IMG/VR virus record: IMGVR_UViG_3300035703_000083
Location: 2,487-66,486 of that record
From: a virus
Strand: one strand, 5' to 3'
DNA length: 64,000 bases
Shown here: one piece after another, positions 1 through 9,013 of the stretch
Position numbering within the stretch: the first letter of the stretch is position 1
Layout: every line of letters begins with the position of its first letter
Notes under the pieces: model-generated
The model's database searches: none
Told to the model about the DNA's origin: nothing
The model's input: only the letters and a program-made list of their open reading frames with translations
Translations under genes and position numbers: made by a program

Positions 1-1056
1 CTATGGGACGAAGCGCTTGTTGGTAGTGGAACCACGCTTTATTTGCCCAATGAAAGCTCATTGGAGCTGAAAACTACTACGGCATCAGGCGATACGGTGC
101 TGCGTCGTTCGCGCAGAAGCCTTCCCTATCAGCCCGGTAAAAGCTTGATGATCCTTGCAAGCTTTGTTGGCAATCAACCCGCTTCCGGCTTGGTGCAGGA
201 AGTGGGCTTTTTTAATGATGACAATGGAGTGATGGTGAGGGCCAGCGGACAAACCATCGAATTTGTCGTCAGAAGCAAGGCTACTGGCGCTGTCGTTGAC
301 AATGTTGTTCCTCAATCATCTTGGAACATTGATACTTTTGCCGAGCTTGATTTTGCGAAAGCCAATATTTTCATTACCGATCTGGAGTGGTTAGGAGTAG
401 GAAGGGTAAGATGTGGGTTTGTTGTGAACGGCGAAATTCGCTATTGCCATGAATTTAACCATGCAAATTATATCGATAGTGTTTATATGACCACAGCAAC
501 ATTGCCTGTCTCTTATCGCATCCATAATTCTTCCTCCATCGCTTCTCCTGCAGTTCTCACGCAGATTTGCACAAGCGTCGTCAGCGAAGGCGGTTATCAG
601 CCGACAGGGCCAATATACGTTGCTGGCAGAGGAGCTGGTAATTTTGCATCAATCACTTCAGAAACTCTAGTGGCTGCCATTCGCATGGCCAGTGGTCGTA
701 CCGACAATGTAATCATTCCATCGCAAATTGATGCCAGCATTGGCGGAAATCCAGGTTCCAACGTAGTAGCACAGTGGCGCTTGCGCTTGAATCCTACGAT
801 TAGTGGCTCTTGGGCAGAGGCAAGCAATGGCAGGGGAAACGTACAGGTGATGAGTAGTGGCACTTTCTCTGGAGGAACAGTGATTGGTGCTGGCTTGGTT
901 GCCTCTAGGAGCAGCATTGAGTTTGATCCTGAAAGCGGTCTTGCGTTGGCCCTTGGTCGCACTATTGCTGGGGATAGCGATGTGATTGCCTTGACCATTG
1001 AATGCAGTAACAGCGAACAGGCTACTGGCTTGCTGGGCTGGCGAGAAGTGGTCTAA
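1..1056 (+). CDS. Virion structural protein, beta-rich (5' partial)
   Basis: Frame open from base 1; contains DLEWLGVGRVRCGF, a motif typical of lectin-like cyanophage structural proteins. Confidence 0.6.
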   Translation, partial: LWDEALVGSGTTLYLPNESSLELKTTTASGDTVLRRSRRSLPYQPGKSLMILASFVGNQPASGLVQEVGFFNDDNGVMVRASGQTIEFVVRSKATGAVVDNVVPQSSWNIDTFAELDFAKANIFITDLEWLGVGRVRCGFVVNGEIRYCHEFNHANYIDSVYMTTATLPVSYRIHNSSSIASPAVLTQICTSVVSEGGYQPTGPIYVAGRGAGNFASITSETLVAAIRMASGRTDNVIIPSQIDASIGGNPGSNVVAQWRLRLNPTISGSWAEASNGRGNVQVMSSGTFSGGTVIGAGLVASRSSIEFDPESGLALALGRTIAGDSDVIALTIECSNSEQATGLLGWREVV

Positions 1057-1080
1057 ACTGGTCTTTGCTTTTGCTGAGCC

Positions 1081-1281
1081 ATGAACGTTCCTGATGAAAT
1101 CTTCAGGCAGTATCAAGTGGAGGCCATTGCGGATGCGCTGCAAGAGCTAATAGCCAATGAAGACTCAGCCTTAAAGGCAAAGCAAGGTCTTGTCACTGCC
1201 GTTAATTATTGGTACGATTATCACTACCAAGAGATTGAGAAATGGACGGCACTGAAAAGACTACTGGAGCGCCCTCTGTAG
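1081..1281 (+). CDS. Hypothetical protein
   Basis: 66-aa ORF in tandem with neighbours. Confidence 0.6.
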   Translation: MNVPDEIFRQYQVEAIADALQELIANEDSALKAKQGLVTAVNYWYDYHYQEIEKWTALKRLLERPL

Positions 1282-1622
1282 AGCAATGGTTGAACAGTGC
1301 AGAAATGAAAGCTTTCCGCGAAGCATGGCAGGCTTCTGAAATGAAAGAGCAAGCTCAGGACCAAGCCTGGTGGGATAGCCTCAATGGAGAAGAAAGGGCA
1401 AGGGCTTTACGGCAAGTGGCAAAGCTAATGCACAAGGCCGAAATCAAAGACAAGGGCTCGTATCGCTATGCCATGTACGACATCTTCGGCGCTGACTATT
1501 GCGACGGCATGGCTCACTACATGGAGCTGCACAATGTCATTTATCGTGGCCTAGAAGCGGAACGACGGGCTTACAGGATGGATGATGAGGATGCACTAGA
1601 TGATGATACAAGTGGCCAGTGA
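1242..1622 (+). CDS. Hypothetical protein
   Basis: 126-aa ORF with GSYRYAMYDIFG motif. Confidence 0.7.
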   Translation: MDGTEKTTGAPSVEQWLNSAEMKAFREAWQASEMKEQAQDQAWWDSLNGEERARALRQVAKLMHKAEIKDKGSYRYAMYDIFGADYCDGMAHYMELHNVIYRGLEAERRAYRMDDEDALDDDTSGQ

Positions 1623-1693
1623 GGGCCATTCCAGCCGAAAGCAAGGCGAGGCCCAGTACCACTTCCATTGAATTGTCCTAGTCTTTAATTATT

Positions 1694-2095
1694 TTACTCG
1701 GGCAATTGCCAGGTGATACGAAGTTCGCCTCCCAATGCTTTGATGTCATCGCTTGCGTCAGGCGGAGCTTCGTGAATGATCATCACTGATGGCACTACTG
1801 CGTCAGGTAATGGCGTGATGGTAGCTTGAGGAAAGAGGGCTTTTGCTTTTTCCGCGAGCTTATTTGCCTTGCTTTCCTTTTCTTCTTTGTCCCATTCCTC
1901 CACCAGTGCAGCCGTTTGTTTGTCCACGGCCTTAAGGGTGACACTCACCTTCCAAGCTTCCCAGTCGAGCCTGCAATGAGCTAGAAGAAGCTTTAGCCAT
2001 GGAGACGAGGAGAGGCTGGGGCGATGCTGAATGAGCCACATGACGACCTCGTAGAACAGCGCATTGACAAGCGTTTGCAGAGGAAGGCCGTTCAT
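1694..2095 (-). CDS. Hypothetical protein in lysis cluster
   Basis: 133-aa ORF downstream of the lysin and HNH genes. Confidence 0.65.
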   Translation of the reverse strand: MNGLPLQTLVNALFYEVVMWLIQHRPSLSSSPWLKLLLAHCRLDWEAWKVSVTLKAVDKQTAALVEEWDKEEKESKANKLAEKAKALFPQATITPLPDAVVPSVMIIHEAPPDASDDIKALGGELRITWQLPE

Positions 2096-2102
2096 AGTGT
2101 AG

Positions 2103-2525
2103 TTAAGTGGAAATTTTCATAAATCTGCCATCTTTGCCATGCTTGCGTTGAGGCTTGATATAGCAATTTTCTCGCGGCGTCAACCATTGCAAGTTGCACG
2201 CTCTATTGTCTTTCTTGTCTCCATTGATGTGATCCACGACCCAATTCGAGGCTGGGCGCGGTCCTAAAAAATGCTCCGCTACCAATACATGTACGCGCAC
2301 TCCTCTTCGATAAGCCCCCAGATGCACATGCAAATATGGATCGCCGCAAGGCTTTACAATTTCGCCACCATACCATCTAGTCATATTGACGCCGCTCGGA
2401 TGACGTTGAGTAACTAAACGTTTCAGGCTACGAATTCTGCCCAAGCTGCTTACTTCATACTTGCCTTCGAGCTCCTTAATGGGCCTCCACTCTTCGTTTT
2501 CGTTTTGGTCATTGTTTAGCGTCAT
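2103..2525 (-). CDS. NUMOD4-HNH homing endonuclease
   Basis: EEWRPIKELEGKYEVSSLGRIRS (NUMOD4) plus VHVLVAEHF...VDHINGDKKDNRACNLQW (HNH). Confidence 0.9.
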   Translation of the reverse strand: MTLNNDQNENEEWRPIKELEGKYEVSSLGRIRSLKRLVTQRHPSGVNMTRWYGGEIVKPCGDPYLHVHLGAYRRGVRVHVLVAEHFLGPRPASNWVVDHINGDKKDNRACNLQWLTPRENCYIKPQRKHGKDGRFMKIST

Positions 2526-2533
2526 GTTTTTCC

Positions 2534-3208
2534 CTAGGGTCGGACAATCATACCCCAACCATCATTGCCTTTTACTTCCCATCGAGGCAACCAGTATTGA
2601 GTTGGAAAAACTATTGAGCGACCATTGGCGGTCTTATGACCTCCATTGATTAAATCTGGCGCGCCCATGGGATCATGATGGACTGTGTTGCGGTTTAATG
2701 TGCCAACCACGACAGACCAATGTCCGCCCCCTGAAGGTTTTGTATAATTCGAATGGTGCAACCATCCAGTTGCGACTGGTCTTCCGGCGTTAATCTCTGC
2801 AAACAGATCGGACAATTTCAGGTTTTGACGAAATTCTGCCTTTAATCCAAGACTTTTTAGCGCCGCCACTTGTGCGCTTGCATTGGTCGTGTCTCCAAAC
2901 TTGGCGCGAATTTTATTGTACTCGTCATCGCTCTTTACCTTTCCATAGAACGCTGCAATCATCGCGCAGGAGCTGCTGAAGCATTCTCTGTCGCCTTGCC
3001 TAGAAGCATTGTCGCGCTGGCTGAAATAAGGCACTTGCAATGGATTGGAAAGCAAAGGCTTGGGCGCTGGCCCGGCTCTATACATTTCAGCAAACTCAGA
3101 GAGTTGCTCGTTCGTTAGCTGTTCTTCAAGCCAGTTCCACGCGGCCAGTTGATGACTCTCCCCATCGAAAAATTTAGCTGCATTGATCAGACGAATGGGA
3201 CGGCTCAT
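2534..3208 (-). CDS. Endolysin, peptidase C39-like family
   Basis: VPYFSQRDN...ECFSSSCAM (catalytic Cys), GGGHWSVVVG (His), HDP; N-terminal HQLAAWNWLE helix seen in cyanophage lysins. Confidence 0.8.
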   Translation of the reverse strand: MSRPIRLINAAKFFDGESHQLAAWNWLEEQLTNEQLSEFAEMYRAGPAPKPLLSNPLQVPYFSQRDNASRQGDRECFSSSCAMIAAFYGKVKSDDEYNKIRAKFGDTTNASAQVAALKSLGLKAEFRQNLKLSDLFAEINAGRPVATGWLHHSNYTKPSGGGHWSVVVGTLNRNTVHHDPMGAPDLINGGHKTANGRSIVFPTQYWLPRWEVKGNDGWGMIVRP

Positions 3209-3275
3209 GGCTAAAGATGCAGAAAAGTGGCGCCCACGCTTGGTGCGAGAGCGCTCAAGAAGGATGACGCCAGTC

Positions 3276-3419
3276 TCACTTGGCGCTAGGGAACAGGCGC
3301 TTGAGAATAGTCAGCAGCAGTTGGATGGTGCTATTGCTTTTCAGCGAAGAACGAGCAACAATTTCATCGGCAGCACCAACGACAATGGCACCAATGACGA
3401 ACCATTCGGCGGCTCCCAT
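3276..3419 (-). CDS. Small holin-like membrane protein (47 aa, not in ORF track)
   Basis: MGAAEWFVIGAIVVGAADEIVARSSLKSNSTIQLLLTILKRLFPSAK, directly upstream of the lysin. Confidence 0.6.
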   Translation of the reverse strand: MGAAEWFVIGAIVVGAADEIVARSSLKSNSTIQLLLTILKRLFPSAK

Positions 3420-3446
3420 GGCAATTAAAGCAAACTTTCTTAAAGC

Positions 3447-3656
3447 CTAGCGTCTAATTTCGAGAGAGCGCACACGCTCCTCCAGCCCTTTCATGCTTTC
3501 AGTGAGCACGTCAAGTTTCTCGGTGATGCTTTCTATCTGCGCAGTGATTTTCACTTGCTGATGGCCAATGCTCATCATCATGCCGCCAGTCGCCAAAAGC
3601 ATGCCAGCCGTGATGCTCACTGCCAAGTGGGCTAATTGTTCTTGCCAGGCGTTCAC
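3447..3656 (-). CDS. Membrane plus coiled-coil protein (holin/XhlA-like)
   Basis: One TM helix then a coiled coil ending LEERVRSLE; located in the lysis cluster. Confidence 0.55.
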   Translation of the reverse strand: MNAWQEQLAHLAVSITAGMLLATGGMMMSIGHQQVKITAQIESITEKLDVLTESMKGLEERVRSLEIRR

Positions 3657-3741
3657 GGATGGTAGGCATTTTGTCCATTCTAAACATTGCACAGTGTCAA
3701 CTATTCCGTCTTAAGCTAAAGACAAGACAATTCGTTTCGCC

Positions 3742-4227
3742 ATGGGGAAAGGAAATGAGGCTGACTTTCTTCTGTATTCCCTTTCTGAATTACGCCCTGG
3801 AGAAGCTAAGCGTCGTTTCCGAAAAAGTATTTTCGAGGACTACTCGCTTCGAGGGCCATTTGGCCATTGCGCTTGTGCCTATTGCGGCAAGTGGACCGAG
3901 AAATTAACGATTGATCACATTGTTCCCAAGAGCAAAGGAGGGCCACACTTTGCAAAATGGAACAGTGCTCCATCGTGCCTTGAATGTAACGCTGACAAAG
4001 GAAGCTTGCCAGTGTTTGAATGGTGGCGACCCAAAGAATTCTGGACCGCGCAGCGAGAGGAAACTTTACTGAGCTGGGTACATGCCCATAGTTTCGTTAG
4101 CGCCCACACTGATATTGGCAACTGGGAGCAATGGATGCAAGAAACGCAAAGGATTGTGCCGGTGCATGAAGACAAAAGAAAGGCGGCTCACTGGCCGCCT
4201 TTGTCGCAATTGCGTTTTGCTAGCTAA
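3742..4227 (+). CDS. HNH endonuclease (McrA-like, Zn-binding)
   Basis: CAYCG...TIDHIVPKSKGG...N...SCLECNADKG. Confidence 0.9.
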   Translation: MGKGNEADFLLYSLSELRPGEAKRRFRKSIFEDYSLRGPFGHCACAYCGKWTEKLTIDHIVPKSKGGPHFAKWNSAPSCLECNADKGSLPVFEWWRPKEFWTAQREETLLSWVHAHSFVSAHTDIGNWEQWMQETQRIVPVHEDKRKAAHWPPLSQLRFAS

Positions 4228-4609
4228 CTGGATCGAAGATGATCTCTGGAGGCCCTTGCCTGACGCCAGGCATAGGACAAAAACCATCAGGGCAGCCACT
4301 GACCATGTAGTCATCAGGATCGTAATCAGCAAGCCTATCTGCCACTTCTTTGCTTTCTTTTTGGATGGCTGCTTTATGCATGGCCTCTTCTAGTTCCTTA
4401 ATGCCAATCAAGCGGTCAAGATACCAGCGAGCTTTTTTTAGATCTTCGGCGCCCTTTTTCTTGTCGTAGCGCCAAACATATTTTTGCACATTTCCCTTTA
4501 GGAAGCCTTTGAATTCTTCAGTGGTCATTGAAGCTTCAATGGCTTCAATGCATTCAATGCCGCCAAAAGAATCGGCGTAGTGAGAGGGATGATTGACAGG
4601 ATCGTGCAT
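4220..4609 (-). CDS. DUF3310 protein (T7 gp1.7-like nucleotide kinase family)
   Basis: DPVNHPSHY...IECIEAI...GNVQKYVWRY..KKGAEDLKKARWYL. Confidence 0.9.
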   Translation of the reverse strand: MHDPVNHPSHYADSFGGIECIEAIEASMTTEEFKGFLKGNVQKYVWRYDKKKGAEDLKKARWYLDRLIGIKELEEAMHKAAIQKESKEVADRLADYDPDDYMVSGCPDGFCPMPGVRQGPPEIIFDPVS

Positions 4610-4612
4610 GAC

Positions 4613-5329
4613 TCAGAATTGGTAGTTGTTGGCCTCAAAAGCCGCAAAAGCTTCTGGAGCAATGGGATAAGCAAGCTCTAGCAATGCCTCGGCATAAGCA
4701 GTGATTTCCGCTTGTGCGCCGTGGCCAATACGCAAGCTTATGAAATGCAGCAAGGCCTGGAGTGAGCAAGTCCAAGTGAAAGAAGAATAGAGGGCGGCAG
4801 GAAGTACGGCACGAGCCTGCTCCTTGCTTACTCCCATTGCCACAAGCTCTTCGTAAGCTGCCTTGGAGGTCTTGAGAGCCTCTCTATAGAAGATGACGGC
4901 CCGAGACTGCTCACTAGTGGGCAGCGGCTCTCCAGAGGCTTGTCTGTTGCTTTCGGCTTGCCTTAGGAACTCCCTAGGCATATAGAACTGGGCATCTTCC
5001 GCTGAGCAATAACGAAAGCTCTTTTCGTTCCAGCCCAATTGATCATCAACGAAAGTGGATGCCACTGTGTGCTTCCACCATTGACGAGCAATAAACAATG
5101 GCGCCTTTACATGCCATTTAAACACAACGCCTCGAAAAGGGGAAGTGTGATGCTCGCGGGCGAGATAGTTGAGAAGTTTTTCATCCTTTTCTTCCCATTG
5201 CTCTTTTCTGTTGTCAAAGCTTTGACGAGCATCATTTACCACGGACAGACTATTGCCCATGGAGTCGAGCAGCATGACAAGGCTTTTGCCATCGTCGAGC
5301 GGGTCAATGGATGGAAAATCAGTCTTCAC
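4613..5329 (-). CDS. thyX: Flavin-dependent thymidylate synthase
   Basis: HTSPF, APLFIARQWWKH, NEKSFRY, EQARAVLP, HFISLR; probable GTG start. Confidence 0.95.
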   Translation of the reverse strand: MKTDFPSIDPLDDGKSLVMLLDSMGNSLSVVNDARQSFDNRKEQWEEKDEKLLNYLAREHHTSPFRGVVFKWHVKAPLFIARQWWKHTVASTFVDDQLGWNEKSFRYCSAEDAQFYMPREFLRQAESNRQASGEPLPTSEQSRAVIFYREALKTSKAAYEELVAMGVSKEQARAVLPAALYSSFTWTCSLQALLHFISLRIGHGAQAEITAYAEALLELAYPIAPEAFAAFEANNYQF

Positions 5330-5576
5330 TTTCTTTATTCTCCAGCATTTCTCGCTGCACTTCCGCGAGCACGGCATGAAAGTTGTGACGCGCATCCATC
5401 ATTGATGCAGCCATAAAGTAGGAGCGGCTGCTCACCCAGTCGCACCATTTAACCGCCTTGTCCCCGTCTTCAGGCCATTCTTCAGGAGCATAAATCTGCA
5501 TCAAGGCGACCATGCTATTCATGGCATAGTTGTCAAGCAAGTTGACAGGAGAAGGTTCGAGAGAAGGATCAGTCAT
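5319..5576 (-). CDS. Hypothetical protein
   Basis: ORF overlapping the thyX start; LLDNYAM...SYFMAASMMDAR. Confidence 0.65.
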   Translation of the reverse strand: MTDPSLEPSPVNLLDNYAMNSMVALMQIYAPEEWPEDGDKAVKWCDWVSSRSYFMAASMMDARHNFHAVLAEVQREMLENKESED

Positions 5577-5787
5577 CGGAAGAGGGAGAGGGAGCAATCA
5601 TGAGGCGGAAGGTATAGGCAACAAGCCACCACTGCCAAAAGCCAAGCGTGAAGCCCGGAAAGAACATGGCAGCACATATGCTCAACACCCAGGCTCGCAA
5701 GCATCCAACCAAGAAGACGCTGAGCGCCAGGCCGGTAAATTTGCCAAGCTTTTCGGCTGGGCTCAAGGAAAAATCAGGGCTGGTCAT
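5569..5787 (-). CDS. Small membrane protein
   Basis: Two hydrophobic segments, LGFWQW. Confidence 0.65.
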   Translation of the reverse strand: MTSPDFSLSPAEKLGKFTGLALSVFLVGCLRAWVLSICAAMFFPGFTLGFWQWWLVAYTFRLMIAPSPSSDD

Positions 5788-6089
5788 CGAGGAATGAGAG
5801 CGATGGGGCGGATGCGTTGAATTGCCACTGTACTAGAGACGAGAGTATTTTCCCTGTCCCAGGCGACCATTGCTGCTTTTCTTCCATTGTTTTTAACGAT
5901 GCCTTGGAAGCTCCCAAAGATGCCTGTTGGCACCATACCAGCCCCTGTGAGGGACACCAATACCACGCGCTCGCCAATGGTCCAGACATAGTTCCTGGGC
6001 AACTGAGGCAGTTTATGCCTTTTGCTCAATGGACGCAAGGGGATAGGGCAGTCCGAACCATTGTTTCTAGCTTTTTCGCCATCGCTCAC
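5784..6089 (-). CDS. Hypothetical protein (SH3-like)
   Basis: WTIGERVVLV...G...AMVAWD pattern; start uncertain. Confidence 0.5.
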   Translation of the reverse strand: MSDGEKARNNGSDCPIPLRPLSKRHKLPQLPRNYVWTIGERVVLVSLTGAGMVPTGIFGSFQGIVKNNGRKAAMVAWDRENTLVSSTVAIQRIRPIALIPR

Positions 6090-6156
6090 TGCCTTTACAA
6101 AGCTTTGCCTGCCATCACGCTGCTTTAGCCTAAAGACAACAAAGGAGGGCGATTGC

Positions 6157-6519
6157 ATGACGGCTTTTAGTATTCCAGTGGAAATGGTTTACAATGGCCA
6201 AATAGTGCGTGCCATCATGGGTCCGTTCGAACATTCAGCAGAACGCGAGTTCTCCATGATGGTGAACAAGCGAGCCATTGACGAATGCTCGAGCCTGGAC
6301 CAATTGAAGCCAGTGGCGAAAAACCTTCTAGAAGGCTGGTCCACGATGAATACAGCCTTGCAGAGCATGATGCTTGAAAACATTCAGCTTCGTCAGGCTT
6401 TGGCCAAGAAGGAGCTAGATCTGCAGGCGGCTGACGAGCTTATGAACGAGGCTGCTCAGATTGTGCAGCGATGTGAGCAGCGATCAAAGCGAGCCAAGCA
6501 GAGTCTTTGGCCATGGTAG
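6157..6519 (+). CDS. Hypothetical coiled-coil protein
   Basis: AGGAGG SD before ATG; helical C-terminus. Confidence 0.65.
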   Translation: MTAFSIPVEMVYNGQIVRAIMGPFEHSAEREFSMMVNKRAIDECSSLDQLKPVAKNLLEGWSTMNTALQSMMLENIQLRQALAKKELDLQAADELMNEAAQIVQRCEQRSKRAKQSLWPW

Positions 6520-6820
6520 AAGTCAGAAGGAAGATCGTCCACCCGCTCGTATACGCAAGATTATATTTTTTGCAATCTCGCTCATAGCCGCTGCCAGTGA
6601 CGTGGCGGCCACGATTGTAAACACCACCTTGTATTTCGACGCCAGTGCGAGAGAGGGGGTGAGCAAAGTCAAGGCGATACCGTTTTGAGCGTTTACTTTT
6701 GGAATAGCGCTCTTGGTAGTCTTTCTCCCACGCACTGATGTCAGAAAATTCTCGTTCAAGAATCAACTGAGGATAATGCGCTTGCCAAAGGCTGAGAAAT
6801 TGATCTTCAAGAGCGCTCAA
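6440..6820 (-). CDS. PD-(D/E)XK endonuclease (Vsr/DUF559-like)
   Basis: YRLDFAHP...GVEIQGG...GRH...GYERDCKKYN...GW. Confidence 0.85.
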   Translation of the reverse strand: MSALEDQFLSLWQAHYPQLILEREFSDISAWEKDYQERYSKSKRSKRYRLDFAHPLSRTGVEIQGGVYNRGRHVTGSGYERDCKKYNLAYTSGWTIFLLTSTMAKDSAWLALIAAHIAAQSEQPRS

Positions 6821-6823
6821 GGC

Positions 6824-7417
6824 CTACACGGCAGCTAGATGCACCCTAGCTCCTTGGTTCTGGTAGTGGCCTGAATAAGCCTCCGCCACGTTGCCGCTGA
6901 GCTGGTAAAGCATCACTTGCACAATTCCTTCGTTCGCGTAGATGCGAGCAGGGAATGCCGTGGGGTTGGCAATGTGCATGGTGAGATGACCTGCCCAGCC
7001 AGGCTCGATGGGCGTCACGTTGATGATGATGCCGCAACGAGCGTAGGTGCTTTTGCCGTCGCACAAGCCCATGATGGATGGAGGCATGGAAATGAGCTCA
7101 AGGCTCACTCCAAGGCCGTAACTATGGGGAGGCAGAATAAACCAGCTTCCTTCCGGCCCGTGATTCAGACAGGCTTCGTAGCCTGAAACTGCCATCATCT
7201 TGGGGTCGAGCGTTGGCTTGTTTTTCTCTTTATATTCTTTCCCATCGAAAATTCGGAAAGAATCGGGCGATAAGCGAATGTCATAGCCTGCCTGGGAAAG
7301 GCCATACGAGATGGCCTTTGCTCCAGAATCAAGCGACCGCCGCTTTTCGCCCACGAAAGGAAGGAAGATGTCCAGTTCGGCGAGCCGTTGGATTTCCTTG
7401 TCGTGGAGCAATGCCAT
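6824..7417 (-). CDS. dcd: dCTP deaminase
   Basis: ISYGLSQAGYDIRL, GKSTYARCG, TPIEPGWAG, YANEGIVQ, YQNQ. Confidence 0.95.
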   Translation of the reverse strand: MALLHDKEIQRLAELDIFLPFVGEKRRSLDSGAKAISYGLSQAGYDIRLSPDSFRIFDGKEYKEKNKPTLDPKMMAVSGYEACLNHGPEGSWFILPPHSYGLGVSLELISMPPSIMGLCDGKSTYARCGIIINVTPIEPGWAGHLTMHIANPTAFPARIYANEGIVQVMLYQLSGNVAEAYSGHYQNQGARVHLAAV

Positions 7418-7419
7418 GA

Positions 7420-7671
7420 TCAGAAGAGATCGTCGGAACCGGCGGCTTCGTTCATCCAAACGGAAGCGTAGCCCTTGGCGCCGTCCTTCTGCCCTTTGAC
7501 TTTCACTGAGCCAGTGAAGCCGGGGGCGCGATCGGAAGTCTTGCGCTCGTTCGGCCAGACTGCCATGTCGAGACTGTAGTTGCCGCGCTCGTTAGGGCCC
7601 GCTTCCTTGAGGGCCTTGAGCACATCGACGGTCAGGTCAATGGCGGCAGTGATGGGAGGCTTTCCAGCCAT
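7420..7671 (-). CDS. Small single-stranded DNA-binding protein (putative)
   Basis: KTSDRAPGFTG motif, acidic DDLF tail, next to exonuclease and SSAP. Confidence 0.6.
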   Translation of the reverse strand: MAGKPPITAAIDLTVDVLKALKEAGPNERGNYSLDMAVWPNERKTSDRAPGFTGSVKVKGQKDGAKGYASVWMNEAAGSDDLF

Positions 7672-7723
7672 GGTGTTTCTCCTTGGGGAGTGATGGTTGA
7701 CGCCCTTCGAGGGCTTGCCAATC

Positions 7724-8488
7724 TTACCCCCTATCCATGGTCAGCGCAAAGGCGCAGCTCCCTGGGTAGTGGTCCTTGAAATATCTCTTAACAGTGTCTG
7801 CCGTGATGCGTTGCTGAGCCACCAGCTCAAAGCCATCAAGGTGAACTAGTTGCAGCGACGGCTCGCTTTCTTCGTTTTCAGGGTCGTAGCAGGCAATCAC
7901 GCACCAGGCTTCGTCAATGGGCTGCTGGTACATTTGTTCTACTGCCATGGAATAAGCGCCCAGTTGCCGCTTGTAATCCGCCAGTTGGTAATCAGGCTTT
8001 TCTTTATATGAAGTTTTCCAATCAACCAAGGCGATGGCGCCACCAGTCATTTGCGCCACCATGTCGAGCGTGCCTGAGTAGCCAATGCCAAGGCCGGTGT
8101 CGTACCAAGCCACTGCACTCTCTACTAATAGCGGCTCTTGGATGCCCTCCAAGAACGGCTCCACTGCTTCAAAATATGGACGCCAGTCTGGGGCTTTTTC
8201 AAGGTGGTGCTCAATGTCCTCTTCCCCGAAATAGTCCTCCAGTACGCCGTGCATCCAAGTGCCACGATTGGCAGCAAGGCGAGTGCGGCGATTTGCTTCT
8301 TCCGCCCCTACGCGCTTACGCCAGTTAATAAGAGCCATCACCTTGGCCACTGGAGCCATGGCAGAAAGAAAAGTCGTCACCGAGGGCAGGACGATACCTT
8401 CTGGCACGTTCGGAAAGCCCTCGTTTATATAGTGCCTTTTTCCATTGAGACTGATGCGTCTCGGCTCAAAGCGTTCAAAAGAGGGCAT
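7724..8488 (-). CDS. PD-(D/E)XK exonuclease (Cas4/RecB-like)
   Basis: LPSVTT, RGTWMH, GTLDMV, VDWKTS, QLGAY. Confidence 0.9.
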   Translation of the reverse strand: MPSFERFEPRRISLNGKRHYINEGFPNVPEGIVLPSVTTFLSAMAPVAKVMALINWRKRVGAEEANRRTRLAANRGTWMHGVLEDYFGEEDIEHHLEKAPDWRPYFEAVEPFLEGIQEPLLVESAVAWYDTGLGIGYSGTLDMVAQMTGGAIALVDWKTSYKEKPDYQLADYKRQLGAYSMAVEQMYQQPIDEAWCVIACYDPENEESEPSLQLVHLDGFELVAQQRITADTVKRYFKDHYPGSCAFALTMDRG

Positions 8489-8528
8489 GGTGGCTTGCAA
8501 GGCTCAATCCAGACAAGCCACTGTACCG

Positions 8529-8660
8529 TCATCGACTGGGAATGCAATAGCTGCCAGAGCTGTAATAGCCCAGTGGGCAAGAGCCCTTCTTGATAATGGG
8601 CTCCTTGCAAGCTATCGCGGCAAGGGGAAGGAAGCAAAGAGCGATGAGAATGATTTTCAT
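8529..8660 (-). CDS. Small secreted Cys-containing protein (43 aa, not in ORF track)
   Basis: MKIILIALCFLPLAAIACKEPIIKKGSCPLGYYSSGSYCIPSR. Confidence 0.6.
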   Translation of the reverse strand: MKIILIALCFLPLAAIACKEPIIKKGSCPLGYYSSGSYCIPSR

Positions 8661-8971
8661 GATGCAGAAGAAGCGGAGGACGGAGGGCGTGTTTTGCGGG
8701 CGGAAAGATCGACCTTAGGGAAGTCCATAATCGCGCCAGTGCCACGGTCCCAGGTGATGCCGCAATCAGGGCATTGGTAGGCAAAGCCGCGATCTTCTTG
8801 CCATGAAGACAGGAGAATCACGCGACTGAACCATTTAGACCCGCCAAACAAATGGCGGCTTTCTTCTGGAATCGGCTGATCGTGCCAGAGACTGCCGCAT
8901 TCAGGACAGTGTTTGAGCTCATCAAAGCGCATAATGTTCATCGAGAGGGTTTCCGTCTTCGTCGCAGGCAA
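8657..8971 (-). CDS. Zn-ribbon protein
   Basis: CPECG and CPDCG pairs; start probably at the internal Met near 8941. Confidence 0.7.
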   Translation of the reverse strand: MPATKTETLSMNIMRFDELKHCPECGSLWHDQPIPEESRHLFGGSKWFSRVILLSSWQEDRGFAYQCPDCGITWDRGTGAIMDFPKVDLSARKTRPPSSASSAS

Positions 8972-9013
8972 TCAGGCCCGCAAAGCTTCTTGCAAGCCTG
9001 GCCGCTGCTCTAT

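Noticed and set aside
7724-8488. Cas4 as evidence of a CRISPR system
   Set aside because: Context (SSB, annealase) fits an ordinary phage recombination exonuclease; no Fe-S cysteine cluster seen.
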